Source: an uncultured delta proteobacterium
GTDB taxonomy: Bacteria; Bdellovibrionota; FAC87; UBA2466
Assembly (NCBI GenBank): GCA_963778115.1
Contig: CAVZSV010000004.1
Coordinates: 416,001-480,000, forward strand
Length of the DNA stretch: 64,000 nt
Direction of reading: 5' to 3'
Each line of letters opens with the position of its first letter. Within the stretch, counting starts at the first letter, position 1. This document shows positions 26,886 through 37,230 of the stretch, in pieces. The translations under genes and the position numbers were made by a program. Under the pieces are notes generated by a model. It was not told the DNA's origin and did no database searches. It saw only the letters and a list, made by a program, of their open reading frames with translations.

Positions 26886-29237
26886 TTAATACGCACGCTT
26901 GAAAGCTTCTTCGGGATTGAGAACTTTGGCTGTTAAGAAGATGTAGATCTCCTTGCGAGTATCTTCAACATCCGTACTCGAAAAGAAAAATCCAAGAACA
27001 GGGACGTGAGACAAAAACGGAACCCCGTAGCGGTTGTTGGTCACGGTGTTACTGAAGACACCACCGATGACTGCTGTGTCTCCATTCTCGACTAGAACCT
27101 GGGTGTTAATCGCGCGACTATCGATAGTCGACTGAGTTCCCGCGTTATTGGGAATGTCATAATTCACCGCCACCGTCATGATGATGGAACCATCGCCCGC
27201 TACGATAGGAGTGACATCGAGCTTTAGATTAGCCGTAATCTGTTGAACCGTTTGGAGAGGAACGCCGCCCGCGGCACTCGGAGTGACCACGGGAATAAAA
27301 AACGAAAAGGATTGATTGACGGTCGCCTCTTGATTGGCCACGACGGACAACGAAGGATTGGCCAGGACTTTAACTTTCGCTTCGCTTTCTCCCAAGTTGA
27401 ATTGGCTATTTAAGTTGGCGAAGTTGGGAGCTGAAATAGTGGTAATACTAGCGCCGCCCGAAGTCAGAGGATTGGAGAAGCTGGCGTTAATCCCCGCGAA
27501 ACTCTCATTGAAACTTAAGTTGGAAAATCCGATGCTGCGTTTAAAGTCAGAATCCATTTCCACGATTTTAGCGGCGATAGAAACCCTGGGGGGCTGAGTA
27601 TCGAGCGCGATAAATAGCTTCTGGACTCGTTGAACCACCATGTCGACGTCCTTGATGATGACCGTATTCGTTCGGACATCCGTTTCGACAGTTCCCCGTT
27701 CAGTTAAGAAGCTTTTTGCCCGAGGAGCGATTTCGGCCGCTTTCGCATAGCTGATGGGGATGAGAACCGTTCGCAAAGGCTCTACCTTAAGTTTGGCTGT
27801 CTCATTCGCCAGCGCTTCATCTTTTTCACTCTTTAAGGAGCCCAGAGTTGCCACACGTAGCACATTGCCCTGGCGGACATAGCCAAGTTTCTTTGTCTGT
27901 AAAACCAGCGTGAACGCTTGATCCCAAGGAATATTCTCAAGACTTAACGTCCCTACCTTACCCTGAACGTCGTCTCCCACCACAATGTTGTAACCACTAC
28001 TTTTTGCGATAAGCCGCAAGACATCCTGGACATCGCTATTTTTAACTTCGAGTTGTTTGATACGGTTGCCGGTAAAGGTCTTCCCCGATGCGTAAATATT
28101 CTCTTCCGTGGAGGTATTATTATCTTCGCCGACTACGACTTTAGCGGGCTGGACCTTGTGATCGGGCGGCGGAAAGTCGATATAGATGCTGTTTAAACTT
28201 CGCTGAACTTGGGGAACTTTGTCTTCCCTCAGTTGCACAATGAGTTTGCTTTCGTTTGAACCGGGTAGCTGCAATAGGGTGAATAGGGACACGGGACTTT
28301 GAAACTCGGTAGTGTCATAAGCCCGTTGCAAACGTTGCGGAGTTTCCGAATTGGGGAAATAATAAACGATCTGTTTAAGGGCTTCGTTTCTTTCTTCTCG
28401 GTAAGGGGCTTTCCCTTGGTAGCTCAAAATAATTCGAGACCCGGGTCCGTTCATTCGAAATTCAAGGTTAGAAATAGTAGTCTTCTCCTCGGCGGCTGCC
28501 GGGGGGAGGACGGGAATAGGAGCTGATTTGGGAGCGACTGAAACCTCTGGTGGCGCGGGTTCAGAAATCGGTGGCAATTCATTGGTCGCCATCCCAGGTT
28601 TTGCGGGTGCCGGTTTGGCGACTTCTACCGTTTTTTGCGGCTTTGTGGTTTCGGGCTCGGGAGGCAAGTCTTCATCAGGGTCAGTATCAGGCGTACCATC
28701 ACCACTTGGTGCCTGGGCGGAATCCGACTTCGCTTTCGAATCCGACGGCATCGCTTCGGCATCATCGGGAAGAGTTTCGTCGTCAGCCGAAGGGGCCTGA
28801 GCGCTAGATTGATTTTTTGAAGAAGCTGCGGCCGGCGCCCCTTTGGTGTCGTCCTGCAATTTCCCAAGATCAGCATCGGCATCGGCATCGACACCGGCAT
28901 CTTTAGCCGCAGCACTGGGAGCCTTATCATCTTCGGGCGGCAACGCTTCAGAATCATCTTTCGGAGCAGTGGTGGACGCTTTTGCGGCCGTGGTCTTTGA
29001 AGGAGCGGGCGAAGCTACTTGTGAAGTTTTTCCGTTGTCGTCGGAAATGACCTTCTCTAGATCGGCCAGGGAATCATCGGTCGGATCGGAAGCTTCTTGC
29101 CCTTGAGGCGATCGCGCCCCGTCGTCAGCGAATGCCATCGGAGCAGGCACTCGCCACAAAACTCCCAGTAGGAAGAGCGACAAGACGCTAGTAACGCGGA
29201 GCGCTCTACTTCTGCGGCAATGAGATAACCTTCTCAT
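26886..29237 (-). CDS. pilQ: Type IV pilus secretin PilQ
   Basis: LENIPWDQAF..VL, ISYAKA, DVRTNTVII, VLVENGDTAVIGG, GVPFLSHVPVLG. Confidence 0.95.
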   Translation of the reverse strand: MRRLSHCRRSRALRVTSVLSLFLLGVLWRVPAPMAFADDGARSPQGQEASDPTDDSLADLEKVISDDNGKTSQVASPAPSKTTAAKASTTAPKDDSEALPPEDDKAPSAAAKDAGVDADADADLGKLQDDTKGAPAAASSKNQSSAQAPSADDETLPDDAEAMPSDSKAKSDSAQAPSGDGTPDTDPDEDLPPEPETTKPQKTVEVAKPAPAKPGMATNELPPISEPAPPEVSVAPKSAPIPVLPPAAAEEKTTISNLEFRMNGPGSRIILSYQGKAPYREERNEALKQIVYYFPNSETPQRLQRAYDTTEFQSPVSLFTLLQLPGSNESKLIVQLREDKVPQVQRSLNSIYIDFPPPDHKVQPAKVVVGEDNNTSTEENIYASGKTFTGNRIKQLEVKNSDVQDVLRLIAKSSGYNIVVGDDVQGKVGTLSLENIPWDQAFTLVLQTKKLGYVRQGNVLRVATLGSLKSEKDEALANETAKLKVEPLRTVLIPISYAKAAEIAPRAKSFLTERGTVETDVRTNTVIIKDVDMVVQRVQKLFIALDTQPPRVSIAAKIVEMDSDFKRSIGFSNLSFNESFAGINASFSNPLTSGGASITTISAPNFANLNSQFNLGESEAKVKVLANPSLSVVANQEATVNQSFSFFIPVVTPSAAGGVPLQTVQQITANLKLDVTPIVAGDGSIIMTVAVNYDIPNNAGTQSTIDSRAINTQVLVENGDTAVIGGVFSNTVTNNRYGVPFLSHVPVLGFFFSSTDVEDTRKEIYIFLTAKVLNPEEAFKRAY

Positions 29238-29643
29238 ACAGATTTTCGGCTCCTAGGTAGTTAAATGTCTTTTCGGTAACTATGACCTCAGTATTTAAGA
29301 TCTTGCTCAAAGTTCCGCGTTCGCGACCAATAATTTCTCCCTCCACTAAAATATGAGTATTTCCCAAGGGATCCTCGAACATCGCACGGGCTTTGCCCGT
29401 CGAGTCACGCAGAATTCCTCTTAGATTTAGTTGCTCGATACTGTATTGCTCGAGAGGATTTAGCGATGCCGTGTCGCGTCCCAGAGTGTCAAAGACAGGC
29501 GGCTTAAAAGGATCTCGCTTCCCGATAGGGGAATAGATAGTAGTACTTTTGTCATCTTTGGGAAGGATCTCGCCCCCCTGAAGTAAAGAGCAATAGAAGG
29601 CCCCGATTAAAGTCCAAGAAAAAAAATTGATAAGTAGTTTCAT
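29206..29643 (-). CDS. pilP: Type IV pilus assembly protein PilP
   Basis: YSPIGKRDPF, PLEQYSIEQLNLRGIL; position in the operon. Confidence 0.9.
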   Translation of the reverse strand: MKLLINFFSWTLIGAFYCSLLQGGEILPKDDKSTTIYSPIGKRDPFKPPVFDTLGRDTASLNPLEQYSIEQLNLRGILRDSTGKARAMFEDPLGNTHILVEGEIIGRERGTLSKILNTEVIVTEKTFNYLGAENLYEKVISLPQK

Positions 29644-30209
29644 TCTGTAAACCGGTAGGTCTTTACCGCCGCTTGAGTGATTAACATCACGTTACCCGAG
29701 TGCGGCCCACTGTTGTCCACCGCCTTAAACTTTAGACTGTCGACGCTCACGATTCGTTTCAAACGAGAAAGTTGATCAAAGAAAACTAGCGTCTGGGTAA
29801 AGGTCCCTTTCAGATCGAACTCGATGGCAGCCGTGCTGTAGAAAGTGCCGTTCTTCTTATCTTCCCCTTTCTTGGGATGAAAAGATGACAACTCCAAGCC
29901 TGAGTTTTGAGCCAGCATCGTGAGTTTTCTTAGAAGGCTCGCAAAATTAAAACTTCGAGGCATGTAATCCAACGCAGATTCGAGTTGAACGTTTAATTCC
30001 TTGAGTTCCTGCTTAATGGTCTCGATATTTTGCGCAAAGTCCTCAAGCCGCTTGAGCTCTCCTTGCTTTTTAGCAAGTTCCGCTTCGATTTTCTGTTTTT
30101 CGTCAGCCATTCGGGGAATATCGACGGAATAGAAGTTATAGACGATATAACCCGCATAGGAGGCGCCGAGAAGTAGGATTACCATCGCGATTTGAAGGTT
30201 TAGCTTCAA
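29640..30209 (-). CDS. pilO: Type IV pilus assembly protein PilO
   Basis: TM plus coiled coil, FFDQLSRLKRIV, TYRF; position in the operon. Confidence 0.9.
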   Translation of the reverse strand: MKLNLQIAMVILLLGASYAGYIVYNFYSVDIPRMADEKQKIEAELAKKQGELKRLEDFAQNIETIKQELKELNVQLESALDYMPRSFNFASLLRKLTMLAQNSGLELSSFHPKKGEDKKNGTFYSTAAIEFDLKGTFTQTLVFFDQLSRLKRIVSVDSLKFKAVDNSGPHSGNVMLITQAAVKTYRFTE

Positions 30210-30277
30210 GCTTTACTCTCTGTTTACGTTAATAAAATAAATCCGCTTCCACCATTTCAGATCCTGGCAAAACCAAG

Positions 30278-31057
30278 CTATTTCGCATGAGCGCCACCAT
30301 TGGGAGCTGGCGTCGGTTTCGCAGCCGCGGCATTACTAGGCGCCGCTACTTGCGGAGCATTCGCCAAAGCGCGGGTCTCCGCAGTCGGCGCCTCGTGAGC
30401 ATCCGCCCCTTCGACCCGCATGACAGGTTTTGCCGTAATCAAGAATGTCCGATAATCGGTTTTTTCAATCGCTTTGGTCACCACATCATCCAAAGAGACA
30501 GCAGTCAGATAGATCGACTTTGAAAGATTATCGATGAGATCAGAGACTTCCTCGTTCGAATAGGACTGTCCAGCCAAGGAAACTAATGCTTGGTCCCCCA
30601 GGACCAGATCAATCGTATTGAGCCAAGTCTTAATCGGGAGCGCTTGCCCTATTGTGTCTAACACAGTTACCGGAGCCGCACGATTCTCAAGGAGTTGTCG
30701 TACGACCTGAAGGCGCTCAGTCACCACCTTCTTTTGCTCTTCAAAATTTTGTAACTCCCGTTGGAAGGGGCTGTAGCGAACGACTTGGTCGGCCACTTTG
30801 GCTAATTTCGTTTGTGATGCCTTCATCGCCTCTTCGTGTTGGCTAATTAACGAAGCTTTCCACTGGCTCGCCAAAATGGGCAAAAGGGCCGCCAAAGTGG
30901 TTGCGGTAATCGTAACAATGGCGAGACTGGCACTAAACTGAACTTTTTGGACGTAAGCCAGAACTTTGGGCGGCAGCTTCACGCGTACCAACAGAGCCTT
31001 AATAGACTTGGGAGGCCCCTTGGAAAGTTCGTTCTTGCCTAGATCAATTCGAATCAT
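30278..31057 (-). CDS. pilN: Type IV pilus assembly protein PilN
   Basis: MIRIDL N-terminus, TM, LP..TWL..I, G.SYSNEEVS. Confidence 0.88.
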   Translation of the reverse strand: MIRIDLGKNELSKGPPKSIKALLVRVKLPPKVLAYVQKVQFSASLAIVTITATTLAALLPILASQWKASLISQHEEAMKASQTKLAKVADQVVRYSPFQRELQNFEEQKKVVTERLQVVRQLLENRAAPVTVLDTIGQALPIKTWLNTIDLVLGDQALVSLAGQSYSNEEVSDLIDNLSKSIYLTAVSLDDVVTKAIEKTDYRTFLITAKPVMRVEGADAHEAPTAETRALANAPQVAAPSNAAAAKPTPAPNGGAHAK

Positions 31058-32136
31058 CCGGCATCACCCGCGGTTCTCAAAGAAAGTCCTATGGCCACGG
31101 CTCCTAAGTAAGACAATTCCCGAATCGCTTGAACGTTCATTTTTTTTCCAGAACCCGCAATATTCTGGATGGGATTAAGAGGTTGCACGGGAGCCGGCAA
31201 TCGATTCTCCATCGCTGCGACCAACCCTTCCGTACGCGACGCTCCCCCACAGACATAGATGCCTTGGATCGATCTTTCCGTACTTTGGTTCATCGAAAAA
31301 TCCAGGGTGCGCGAAATTTCTTCCACAATACTGGCAACGTATTCCGACAAGATAGATCGAATGGCGGGGGTAGCCCCTTCGGTAATCTTCACCCGCTCGG
31401 CTTGATCCGCCGGGATTCCTAAGCGTTCACTTAGCATCGCGGTACAAGCGACTCCACACTGACGCAGCTCGCGGCTAAAGGTGGTTTTGTCCCCTTCCAC
31501 GATGGAAACTTTGGTACTGCCCGCGCCAAAATCGATGATGACACTAGTAGCTCCGCCTCCGGTGGCGTTGGCCAAATACCCATAATTGAATTCAAAAGCG
31601 TTTCCCAAAGCGAATGCTTGATTGTCGATCACTTCAGGCACCAAACCGGCCTCCTCAACGAGGCTGCTAAGCGAGTCGATGTAGTCTTTTTTGGCGGCAA
31701 CAATAAGGACGTCCATAGAGGGAACCGCTTGGCTGCCGATAGAGGTGCCTATGACGGCGAAATCCAAATTCACTTCGCTCACATTGAAAGGAATATATTG
31801 TTCGGCTTCAAAATAGAGCTGGTGACTCAACTCCTGCATCGACATCTTGGGAACGCTGATCTTTTTCGTGATTACCGATTTTCCGGCAGCCCCTATAGCC
31901 ACTTTCTTGGTGGAAAATTGTCTTCCTTCAAAAAGTTTTTTAAGCGCCATGGTGACGACGGCTCGATCCCTAATTTCACCATCGAGAGAGATAGCGTTCC
32001 AGGGCAAAGGAACTCGATTATAAGCCAATAGACGAGGACTCTTCGAAGTTCCGCCCAGTTCGACAGCTTTGATGCCGGAGATCCCGATATCGAGACCGAC
32101 GAGACGGCGTTTCAATAGGGAGTCTAAAAGACTCAT
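31054..32136 (-). CDS. pilM: Type IV pilus assembly protein PilM
   Basis: VGLDIGISGIKAVEL, EAEQYIPF, IDFGAGST, CGGAS, AVAIGLSLR. Confidence 0.95.
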   Translation of the reverse strand: MSLLDSLLKRRLVGLDIGISGIKAVELGGTSKSPRLLAYNRVPLPWNAISLDGEIRDRAVVTMALKKLFEGRQFSTKKVAIGAAGKSVITKKISVPKMSMQELSHQLYFEAEQYIPFNVSEVNLDFAVIGTSIGSQAVPSMDVLIVAAKKDYIDSLSSLVEEAGLVPEVIDNQAFALGNAFEFNYGYLANATGGGATSVIIDFGAGSTKVSIVEGDKTTFSRELRQCGVACTAMLSERLGIPADQAERVKITEGATPAIRSILSEYVASIVEEISRTLDFSMNQSTERSIQGIYVCGGASRTEGLVAAMENRLPAPVQPLNPIQNIAGSGKKMNVQAIRELSYLGAVAIGLSLRTAGDAG

Positions 32137-32297
32137 ACAGGTTCCTGTGAACCTTTCTCTTCCAAAATTACTGTTTAGTGATTATTTGCGGTGCAGAACC
32201 GAAGGGAAAAATGACAAGACTTATGACTTAATTATAGCTCATACTTCATTTAACGCGCTAGCCAAATCTCCGACCAACGCGGGCCCTATCGCAGGCA

Positions 32298-32780
32298 CTA
32301 GGCGATAAATTCGAGGGATTCATCCACGTATTCGACGACCTGAGTATTCCCGAAGATGTCACCGACTCGAGTTCCGCTGTCCAGTGTCAATAATAGATAT
32401 CCTTCCAATGCCACTGCCGGGATGGTCAGCACAATAAAGAAAAACCAGAGAAAAGGCGTCGAGGTAAAGAGAATCCCCAACACAAACGGAAGGTTTCGAA
32501 GGGCGGAATTTCGAAACGAACAAGATAGGCCCGTGCCCATCTCCACGACGCGAAGCCCAATGATACGTTTACCGACGCTCTGCCCCACGCCAAATCCGTC
32601 CTGCATCGCACAAAACAGCGCTGCTCCTCCAATCCCTAGAGCCGGCCAGATAGTTTTGCCCAAAAGGTACAGTGCGGTAACAATGATGAGATCTATCCCT
32701 TTGGCGTTAAGCCGGTTAAAAAGTGTGGTTTGGGACTCCCCAAAAAAAATACTATTTCGATGACTCTTCGAATCTTTCAT
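32298..32780 (-). CDS. RDD family membrane protein
   Basis: RLNAKGID, GQSVGKRIIGLRVV, RVGDIFGNTQVV. Confidence 0.9.
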   Translation of the reverse strand: MKDSKSHRNSIFFGESQTTLFNRLNAKGIDLIIVTALYLLGKTIWPALGIGGAALFCAMQDGFGVGQSVGKRIIGLRVVEMGTGLSCSFRNSALRNLPFVLGILFTSTPFLWFFFIVLTIPAVALEGYLLLTLDSGTRVGDIFGNTQVVEYVDESLEFIA

Positions 32781-32887
32781 ATAGAAACCCTCGACGCTTC
32801 CCCAAGAAGCCTTGACTGAGGCTCAACCCAGATCTTATGTGGAAGACACTATGAAAAAGTTTACACTCTATGAGGAGGGTCGTCATT

Positions 32888-33349
32888 ATGGCCGCGGGTA
32901 GCGTTAATAAAGTTATTTTGATTGGAAGACTGGGAGCCGATCCCGAAGTTCGTTATACCAGCAATGGAGGGGCGGTTGCCAATTTCAACATGGCCACCAA
33001 TGAATCCTGGATGGACAAATCGGGACAGAAGCAAGAACGAACGGAATGGCATCGAATCGTAGTTTGGGGAAAGTTGGGAGAACTTTGCGGACAATACCTC
33101 TCCAAAGGGAGACAGGCCTTTATTGAAGGGCGTCTGCAGACACGGGAATGGACCGACAAAGAAGGTGGCAAGCGGTACACCACCGAAGTCATCGCCCAGA
33201 ACATTCAGTTCTTGGGAAGTCCAGGAACCGAACGCGGAGCATCAGCACAGCCCAGTGACTTCGGCGGCCCTTCCCCATCCGATTTCACTCCATCAGGACT
33301 TTCCGATGATTCTTCCAAAGGAATGACGGACGACGAAGTTCCTTTTTAG
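32888..33349 (+). CDS. ssb: Single-stranded DNA-binding protein
   Basis: [31 protein letters not shown] tail; GAGGAGG RBS before ATG 32888. Confidence 0.97.
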   Translation: MAAGSVNKVILIGRLGADPEVRYTSNGGAVANFNMATNESWMDKSGQKQERTEWHRIVVWGKLGELCGQYLSKGRQAFIEGRLQTREWTDKEGGKRYTTEVIAQNIQFLGSPGTERGASAQPSDFGGPSPSDFTPSGLSDDSSKGMTDDEVPF

Positions 33350-33360
33350 GGGCTGTAAGG

Positions 33361-33385
33361 AGCCCTTTCGCACAGCGAAAGGGCT
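33361..33385. terminator. Hairpin between convergent ssb and hemW
   Basis: AGCCCTTTCG-CACAG-CGAAAGGGCT perfect stem. Confidence 0.7.
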
Positions 33386-34514
33386 AATCCACCAGATCAC
33401 GAGTAACCGAATCGGCCAAGAGATACCCTTTTGGGGTGAGTGAGATTCGTGTGCCTTCCAAGGTGAGAAGCCCTTCGTTCCTAAAGAGTGAAAAACGCTT
33501 GGCCTGCGTGAGGTCGTAGCCGTACTTATCGAGAAACTCTAGGGCGCAGACTCCGCCAATCTTTCTCAACTCTAGAAAGGTGGCCTCTAAGATCGTTTGC
33601 GCTTGGGTGGAGTGCTCGAAATCGTCATCTTGAAAGCGATTCTCCTTCAGGTAGAGGTTGTAATCGGAGACCTGTTTGCGATGGTGAAAAGTAGCTTCCC
33701 AAAAAAAGCGACTCGCCGCTGAGGGGCCTATCCCCAGAAAATCTCCTCCACTCCAGTAAAGCAGATTGTGCTTAGACTCATGGCCAGGCAGCGCGAAATT
33801 AGAAATTTCGTAACGTAAATAACCCGCCAAAGCCAGCGCTTCCACACCCGCTTCATAGAACTCCGCGGACTGCTCGTCGTTCGGCAAGTCATGGTAGAGC
33901 GGATGAGCGGGCTTTAGGGTGAGTCCGTAAAAACTAATGTGCTTTGGACGGAGTTCCACCGCTTTGGCGATATCTTCTAGAACCGCCCGTCGCGTTTGTC
34001 CGGGAATTCCAAAGATCAAGTCGAGACTAAACTCATGAAAACCCGCCGATCTAAAAAGATGTACCGCATTAGCAATGGACTCCGCGGATCCTAGACGCTC
34101 CAATTTTTTTAGATTAGAAGCTTCAAAGCTTTGCGCCCCTAGACTGACTCGATTGATGGGGGTCCGCATCACCCTTTCCACAAATTCGCAAGATACCGTT
34201 TCAGGATTCGTCTCCAAAGTAATCTCAGCCGAATCGGCCACGCAAAATTCTTCAGATAACCCTTCCCAGATACGGGTCCAAACCGGAATCGGCAATAGCG
34301 ACGGCGTTCCGCCCCCGAAAAAGACACTGCGCGCGGGAGCCGCAAATCCTTTCTCACGAAGCCATTCTCCCGCAGAGCGAAGTTCGCGGACTACCGAATG
34401 AGCGAAGGGAGAAAAATCGGCCTCGTCGAAGCGCGTAAACGAGTAGAAATCGCAATACGAACACTTATGAACACAAAAAGGGATATGGACGTAAATTCCG
34501 AACGGGTTTGTCAA
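33384..34514 (-). CDS. hemW: Radical SAM heme chaperone HemW (start probably TTG 34514)
   Basis: YVHIPFCVHKCSYCDF, FGGGTPS, YEISNFA, HNLLYW. Confidence 0.92.
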   Translation of the reverse strand: MTNPFGIYVHIPFCVHKCSYCDFYSFTRFDEADFSPFAHSVVRELRSAGEWLREKGFAAPARSVFFGGGTPSLLPIPVWTRIWEGLSEEFCVADSAEITLETNPETVSCEFVERVMRTPINRVSLGAQSFEASNLKKLERLGSAESIANAVHLFRSAGFHEFSLDLIFGIPGQTRRAVLEDIAKAVELRPKHISFYGLTLKPAHPLYHDLPNDEQSAEFYEAGVEALALAGYLRYEISNFALPGHESKHNLLYWSGGDFLGIGPSAASRFFWEATFHHRKQVSDYNLYLKENRFQDDDFEHSTQAQTILEATFLELRKIGGVCALEFLDKYGYDLTQAKRFSLFRNEGLLTLEGTRISLTPKGYLLADSVTRDLVD

Positions 34515-34602
34515 CGAACGACCGATGCTGGTAGACTCTGAGCCATCAGATTCTTTTGCAGATTCGTCGCCAAAACGGCCAAGATCGAATGAGGAAACCA
34601 TC

Positions 34603-37230
34603 ATGCTGGAAAGATACACACTCAAAAACGGAATACCAGTCTTTATCGTAGAGAGCCATGCCTCTCCCGTAGTTAGTATCCAAGCCTGGGTAACGCGCGG
34701 TAGTGTTCATGAGAGCGCTAAGGTAGCGGGAATATCTCACTTTCTTGAGCACGCTCTGTTCAAAGGAACGCATCGCCGCAAGGTAGGAGAGGTTGCCGCT
34801 GAAATTGAAAGCCGAGGAGGTGAAATCAACGCTTTCACCTCTTTCGAAGAGACCGCGTTCTACACCACCTTGGCCAGCCGGTATTTCCGTGAGGGGCTCG
34901 ACATTATCGCCGACATGATGATTAACCCTCTCTTCGACAAAGAAGAGATGGTTCGAGAACGAGAGGTCATTATTGAAGAGATTAAGCGCGCTCACGATTC
35001 GTCCCAGAAAATGGTTTCGATGAACCTCTGGCAGGAGGCTTTTCCCAATACTCCTTATGGACGGCCCGTGCTCGGATTCGAAAGTACCGTAAAGAAAATC
35101 GATCACAAGACTCTTAAATCCTATTTTAATCAAAACTATCATTCGGGCTCGATGGCTTTGTTCATCGTGGGAGACGTGGAATCCAAAAAGGCTTTGGAAT
35201 TGGCTGCGACAAAGTTCGCTAAAGCAAAAAAAGGGGCGACGCAAGCTCCCCCAGTTAAATTTAAAGTACCCAATCATCCTTCGGTTAAAATAGTTTCCCT
35301 CTCCCGAGATCTTAAAGAGTGTCACCTACAGGTCGCCATCACGACGCCAGGAATTTCGGACCCTTCCATTCCTGCCATCGACATCATGTGCAGTGCCATT
35401 GGGCAGGGAGAGAGCAGCCGTCTCTATCAAAGACTTGTCAAAGAGACTCGGCTTGCGATGGAAGCCCATTTCGGTTTGATGGCGACCAGCCATTGCGGTC
35501 TTGCCTCTGTGCATTTACTGACTGCGCCCGAAAATATGGAAGCGGCCGTAAAGGAAGCTTTCACCGTTATTCAAAAGGCCGCCAAAGAGGGGCTAGATCC
35601 TGTAGAAATCGAGCGAGTCAAAACGTCATTGGAGTCCGACGTCATCGGCGGCAAAGAGACCGTCGAAGGCTACGCCAGAAGACTCGGCTATTACTACAGC
35701 GAATTCGGAGATCCGGAATACGAAGGCAAATACCTACAGTCCTTGCTATCGGTCGATCAAGTCCAGGCGACCGCGGCACTGGGTGAACTTTTGCAAAAGC
35801 GACCCGTGGTGTCTTTAGTTCACCCCACGGAAATGAAGCTGAATAAGAAATCATTAGCTGCCGCCATAGGTCCTAAGCCCGCAAGACCACTGGTTTTGGG
35901 AAAACACTTAGAGAGACCAGAAAAGACCACCGAAGGCGGAGTCAGTTACCTTACGAAACCGGTGACCACGTTGCCCGTCATCTCACTGCGCCTTCTGTTT
36001 CCCGGAGGTTCTCGCGAAGAGAGCAAAGACAAACTCGGTTTAGGAGCTCTTTTCGGTAGGCTTTGGACCTCTGGCACTCAGTCCTTTAACGCCCTTGGAA
36101 TCGCTCAGCTTTTAGAATCCCTGGGCGCTTCGGTACATGGCTTTGTGGGAAAAAACACCTGCGGGGTATCGGTCGAGTGTCTAGCCAAACATTGGAAAGA
36201 GGTGAAGCCGATTTTGTCTGAAGTGCTTTTACACCCGGCGTTTCCAGAAAGCGAAATCTCCACGGAAAAAGAGTTAATGCTCCGAGAGATTCTTGCGGAA
36301 AAGGATTCTCCCGGACAAATGTGCCAACATAATTTTCTAGCCGCCATGTACGGAGGCCACCCCTACGGAAGATCCCCCATTGGCACAAAAGAGACGGTGG
36401 AGCGACTGCAAGCCAGTGATCTAAAGCGTTTCTACACCGATTACATCCACCGCAAGCGCCTTGTGGTGTGTTCGGTCGGGAGTTTCTCGCCAGCACCTTG
36501 GATTTCAGATCTCAAATCCATCTTGAACCAATTGCCCGCTGAAGGAAAATCACCGACGCCGGCACTTCCCATCGAAAGACCCGCAACTTTGAAAATAGTC
36601 ACGGAAAAGAAGGAACCCCTCTTTCAATCACACTGTTTGGTAGGGTTTCTGGCGACCTCCTTTCAAGATCCGGAACGGTACGCCCTTAAACTCTTGTCCT
36701 CGTGTTTGGCGGGACAGGGTGGAAGACTCTTTCTAGAACTTCGCGACAAGCAAAGTCTGGCGTATACGGTAGCTCCCATGAATAGCGATAGCCCAGAGCC
36801 CGGGGTCTTTGGATTTTACATCGGCTGTTCCCCTGAAAAGTTGGATCGAGCCCTCTCGGGAATTAGATCCGAGATTGATAAGATTCTAGAAAAGCCTATC
36901 GACAGTAAAGAACTAGATCGCGCTAAGGAATATTGGATTGGCAGATTTGAATTGGAGCTACAACGCTACGGTGCCCAATCCATGCTCTATGCCTTGGACG
37001 AGATTTACGGTCTTGGTTTCGATCACTCTTACACGGTGCCCGAGATCATCAAATCGATTACGGCAAAACAGATACAAACCGCGGCACAAAAGTATCTTGT
37101 TCCCGAAAGAGCGGTAATGTCTATTGTCCACAATCAGGAGCTTAGCGACGAACGAGTCGCGCAAGCTTGGAATGTCCCGAGACCCAAATTGGTCAAAGCG
37201 CGGGAAAGAACGGTAAGTAATAGTCTCTAA
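34603..37230 (+). CDS. M16 (pitrilysin/insulinase) zinc peptidase, two-module
   Basis: HFLEH, NAFTSFEET, RLFLELRDKQSLAY; GAGG RBS before ATG 34603. Confidence 0.95.
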   Translation: MLERYTLKNGIPVFIVESHASPVVSIQAWVTRGSVHESAKVAGISHFLEHALFKGTHRRKVGEVAAEIESRGGEINAFTSFEETAFYTTLASRYFREGLDIIADMMINPLFDKEEMVREREVIIEEIKRAHDSSQKMVSMNLWQEAFPNTPYGRPVLGFESTVKKIDHKTLKSYFNQNYHSGSMALFIVGDVESKKALELAATKFAKAKKGATQAPPVKFKVPNHPSVKIVSLSRDLKECHLQVAITTPGISDPSIPAIDIMCSAIGQGESSRLYQRLVKETRLAMEAHFGLMATSHCGLASVHLLTAPENMEAAVKEAFTVIQKAAKEGLDPVEIERVKTSLESDVIGGKETVEGYARRLGYYYSEFGDPEYEGKYLQSLLSVDQVQATAALGELLQKRPVVSLVHPTEMKLNKKSLAAAIGPKPARPLVLGKHLERPEKTTEGGVSYLTKPVTTLPVISLRLLFPGGSREESKDKLGLGALFGRLWTSGTQSFNALGIAQLLESLGASVHGFVGKNTCGVSVECLAKHWKEVKPILSEVLLHPAFPESEISTEKELMLREILAEKDSPGQMCQHNFLAAMYGGHPYGRSPIGTKETVERLQASDLKRFYTDYIHRKRLVVCSVGSFSPAPWISDLKSILNQLPAEGKSPTPALPIERPATLKIVTEKKEPLFQSHCLVGFLATSFQDPERYALKLLSSCLAGQGGRLFLELRDKQSLAYTVAPMNSDSPEPGVFGFYIGCSPEKLDRALSGIRSEIDKILEKPIDSKELDRAKEYWIGRFELELQRYGAQSMLYALDEIYGLGFDHSYTVPEIIKSITAKQIQTAAQKYLVPERAVMSIVHNQELSDERVAQAWNVPRPKLVKARERTVSNSL

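Noticed and set aside
34514..34625. Apparent divergent overlap of hemW and the M16 peptidase
   Set aside because: Artefact of longest-ORF starts; it disappears with TTG 34514 and ATG 34603
34546..35325. 259-aa antisense ORF inside the M16 gene, and similar shadow ORFs throughout
   Set aside because: Fully antisense to well-supported genes and without motifs
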